Assembly: GCF_001194135.2 (NCBI RefSeq)
Contig: NC_068981.1
Location: 56,235,955-56,286,961 of the forward strand
Reading direction: 5' to 3'
Length of the DNA: 51,007 bases
Source: Octopus bimaculoides
Lineage: Eukaryota
Positions 49,761 through 51,007 of the stretch are shown here, piece after piece; the stretch's first letter is position 1; every line of letters begins with the position of its first letter. The notes below the pieces were generated by a model. That model was not told the DNA's origin, did no database searches, and saw only the letters and a list, made by a program, of their open reading frames with translations. The position numbers and the translations under genes are program-made.

Positions 49761-51007
49761 NNNNNNNNNNNNNNNNNNNNNNNNNNNNNNNNNNNNNNNN
49801 NNNNNNNNNNNNNNNNNNNNNNNNNNNNNNNNNNNNNNNNNNNNNNNNNNNNNNNNNNNNNNNNNNNNNNNNNNNNNNNNNNNNNNNNNNNNNNNNNNNN
49901 NNNNNNNNNNNNNNNNNNNNNNNNNNNNNNNNNNNNNNNNNNNNNNNNNNNNNNNNNNNNNNNNNNNNNNNNNNNNNNNNNNNNNNNNNNNNNNNNNNNN
50001 NNNNNNNNNNNNNNNNNNNNNNNNNNNNNNNNNNNNNNNNNNNNNNATATAATATTAGCTAGCATCTTAGCATATTACTGAGAAAACCAGTGAACGGCTA
50101 TTCAATAGTTGAAGAAGTCTCCAGTTAAAGTTGTTATTGTTACCAAGTGGTTGTTTTTCTTTTTGACCTCTTGTTCCAAAATGTCCAAAGCTTAAACACA
50201 TTTACATATATGAAATATAATAAATATTTAGAATATAATTTTATTGCAGTCTATAGACATTGTGGTTTTCAAGAATTAATAACATTTTTTTATTTATACT
50301 GTACGAACAGCTGTACGAAATAGATTATTAATATACTCAGTAATATGAGCTAACAAGAAAGAACCTCCATAGGGATACTCGACCTGTTAAAAATAGTATC
50401 TAAATTCCTCTGAAATTATACACTACTTGTTTTGAAAATGGAAAGATAAATTAGATAACGTGGACGCATGTAAGGCTGTTTGGTTAAGATGATCCAGGTT
50501 CGATTCAACAAGTGGAACTTTAATTGTCTTGGACCATAACTTCAGGTTGATCAACACCTTATGAGTAGAATTTTATTTACAGAAACTGTGCAGAAGACCG
50601 TCTTACGCACAAACAGATATTCAGACACCCACATACAGATGTATGCATGTACATTTGTGTATCTAGCCGATGTATACCGGCGAAAAGCCAGTGTAACTTG
50701 AACAAAAATGTTTGTAGCGAGTTATAAATACTCTCTCATTACTTGTGTCGTGTGAAATGTAACAAAACAGTAACTGGTTCGCTGGAAACATGTAACCAAC
50801 GATGTTGCTCACAAATTGTAATATAAAATATATAAAGTAAAAAATAAATTGTTGCAGAATACCTGACAAGAAAAACAAGAGAAGGCCAAGACTAGAACAA
50901 CATTGATCAGGGTTGAACAGGGCTAAACTAAAATTGCAATAACTTGATCACGCAAATTCGAGGACGCCTATTCTGCCCCCATCAAAAAAAAAAAAAAAAA
51001 AAAAAAA

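Noticed and set aside
50670-50696. YTGEKP resembling a C2H2 zinc-finger linker
   Set aside because: No Cys/His finger pattern on either side and an immediate stop codon

Overview
AT-rich, microsatellite-saturated animal genomic DNA with 12 assembly gaps. The SINE families and simple-repeat load suggest an octopus/cephalopod (inference, not verifiable here). I find no intact host protein-coding gene: almost every ORF in the track is a microsatellite or N-run artefact. The window is a transposon graveyard. It holds a dozen or more decayed Penelope-like retroelement (PLE) pieces (GLYRDD-type RT, SNHP thumb, GIY-YIG endonuclease), RTE, R4/Dong-like and possibly Tx1 LINE fragments, four tRNA-derived SINE families, two Tc1/mariner-type remnants, and a 930-bp long-TIR element with an 8-bp TSD and telomere-like (TAACCC)n. 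The main discovery candidate is a PLE family whose 3' region, about 30 nt after the GIY-YIG stop codon, is a tRNA-like Pol III head + (AAT)n + a minimal type I hammerhead ribozyme (HHR). This ~280-300 nt module also occurs on its own as a fold-back palindrome. Two other PLE families end in their own HHRs; the one at 38986-39050 has a fully intact core. All family assignments are by eye from translated motifs, with no database search.
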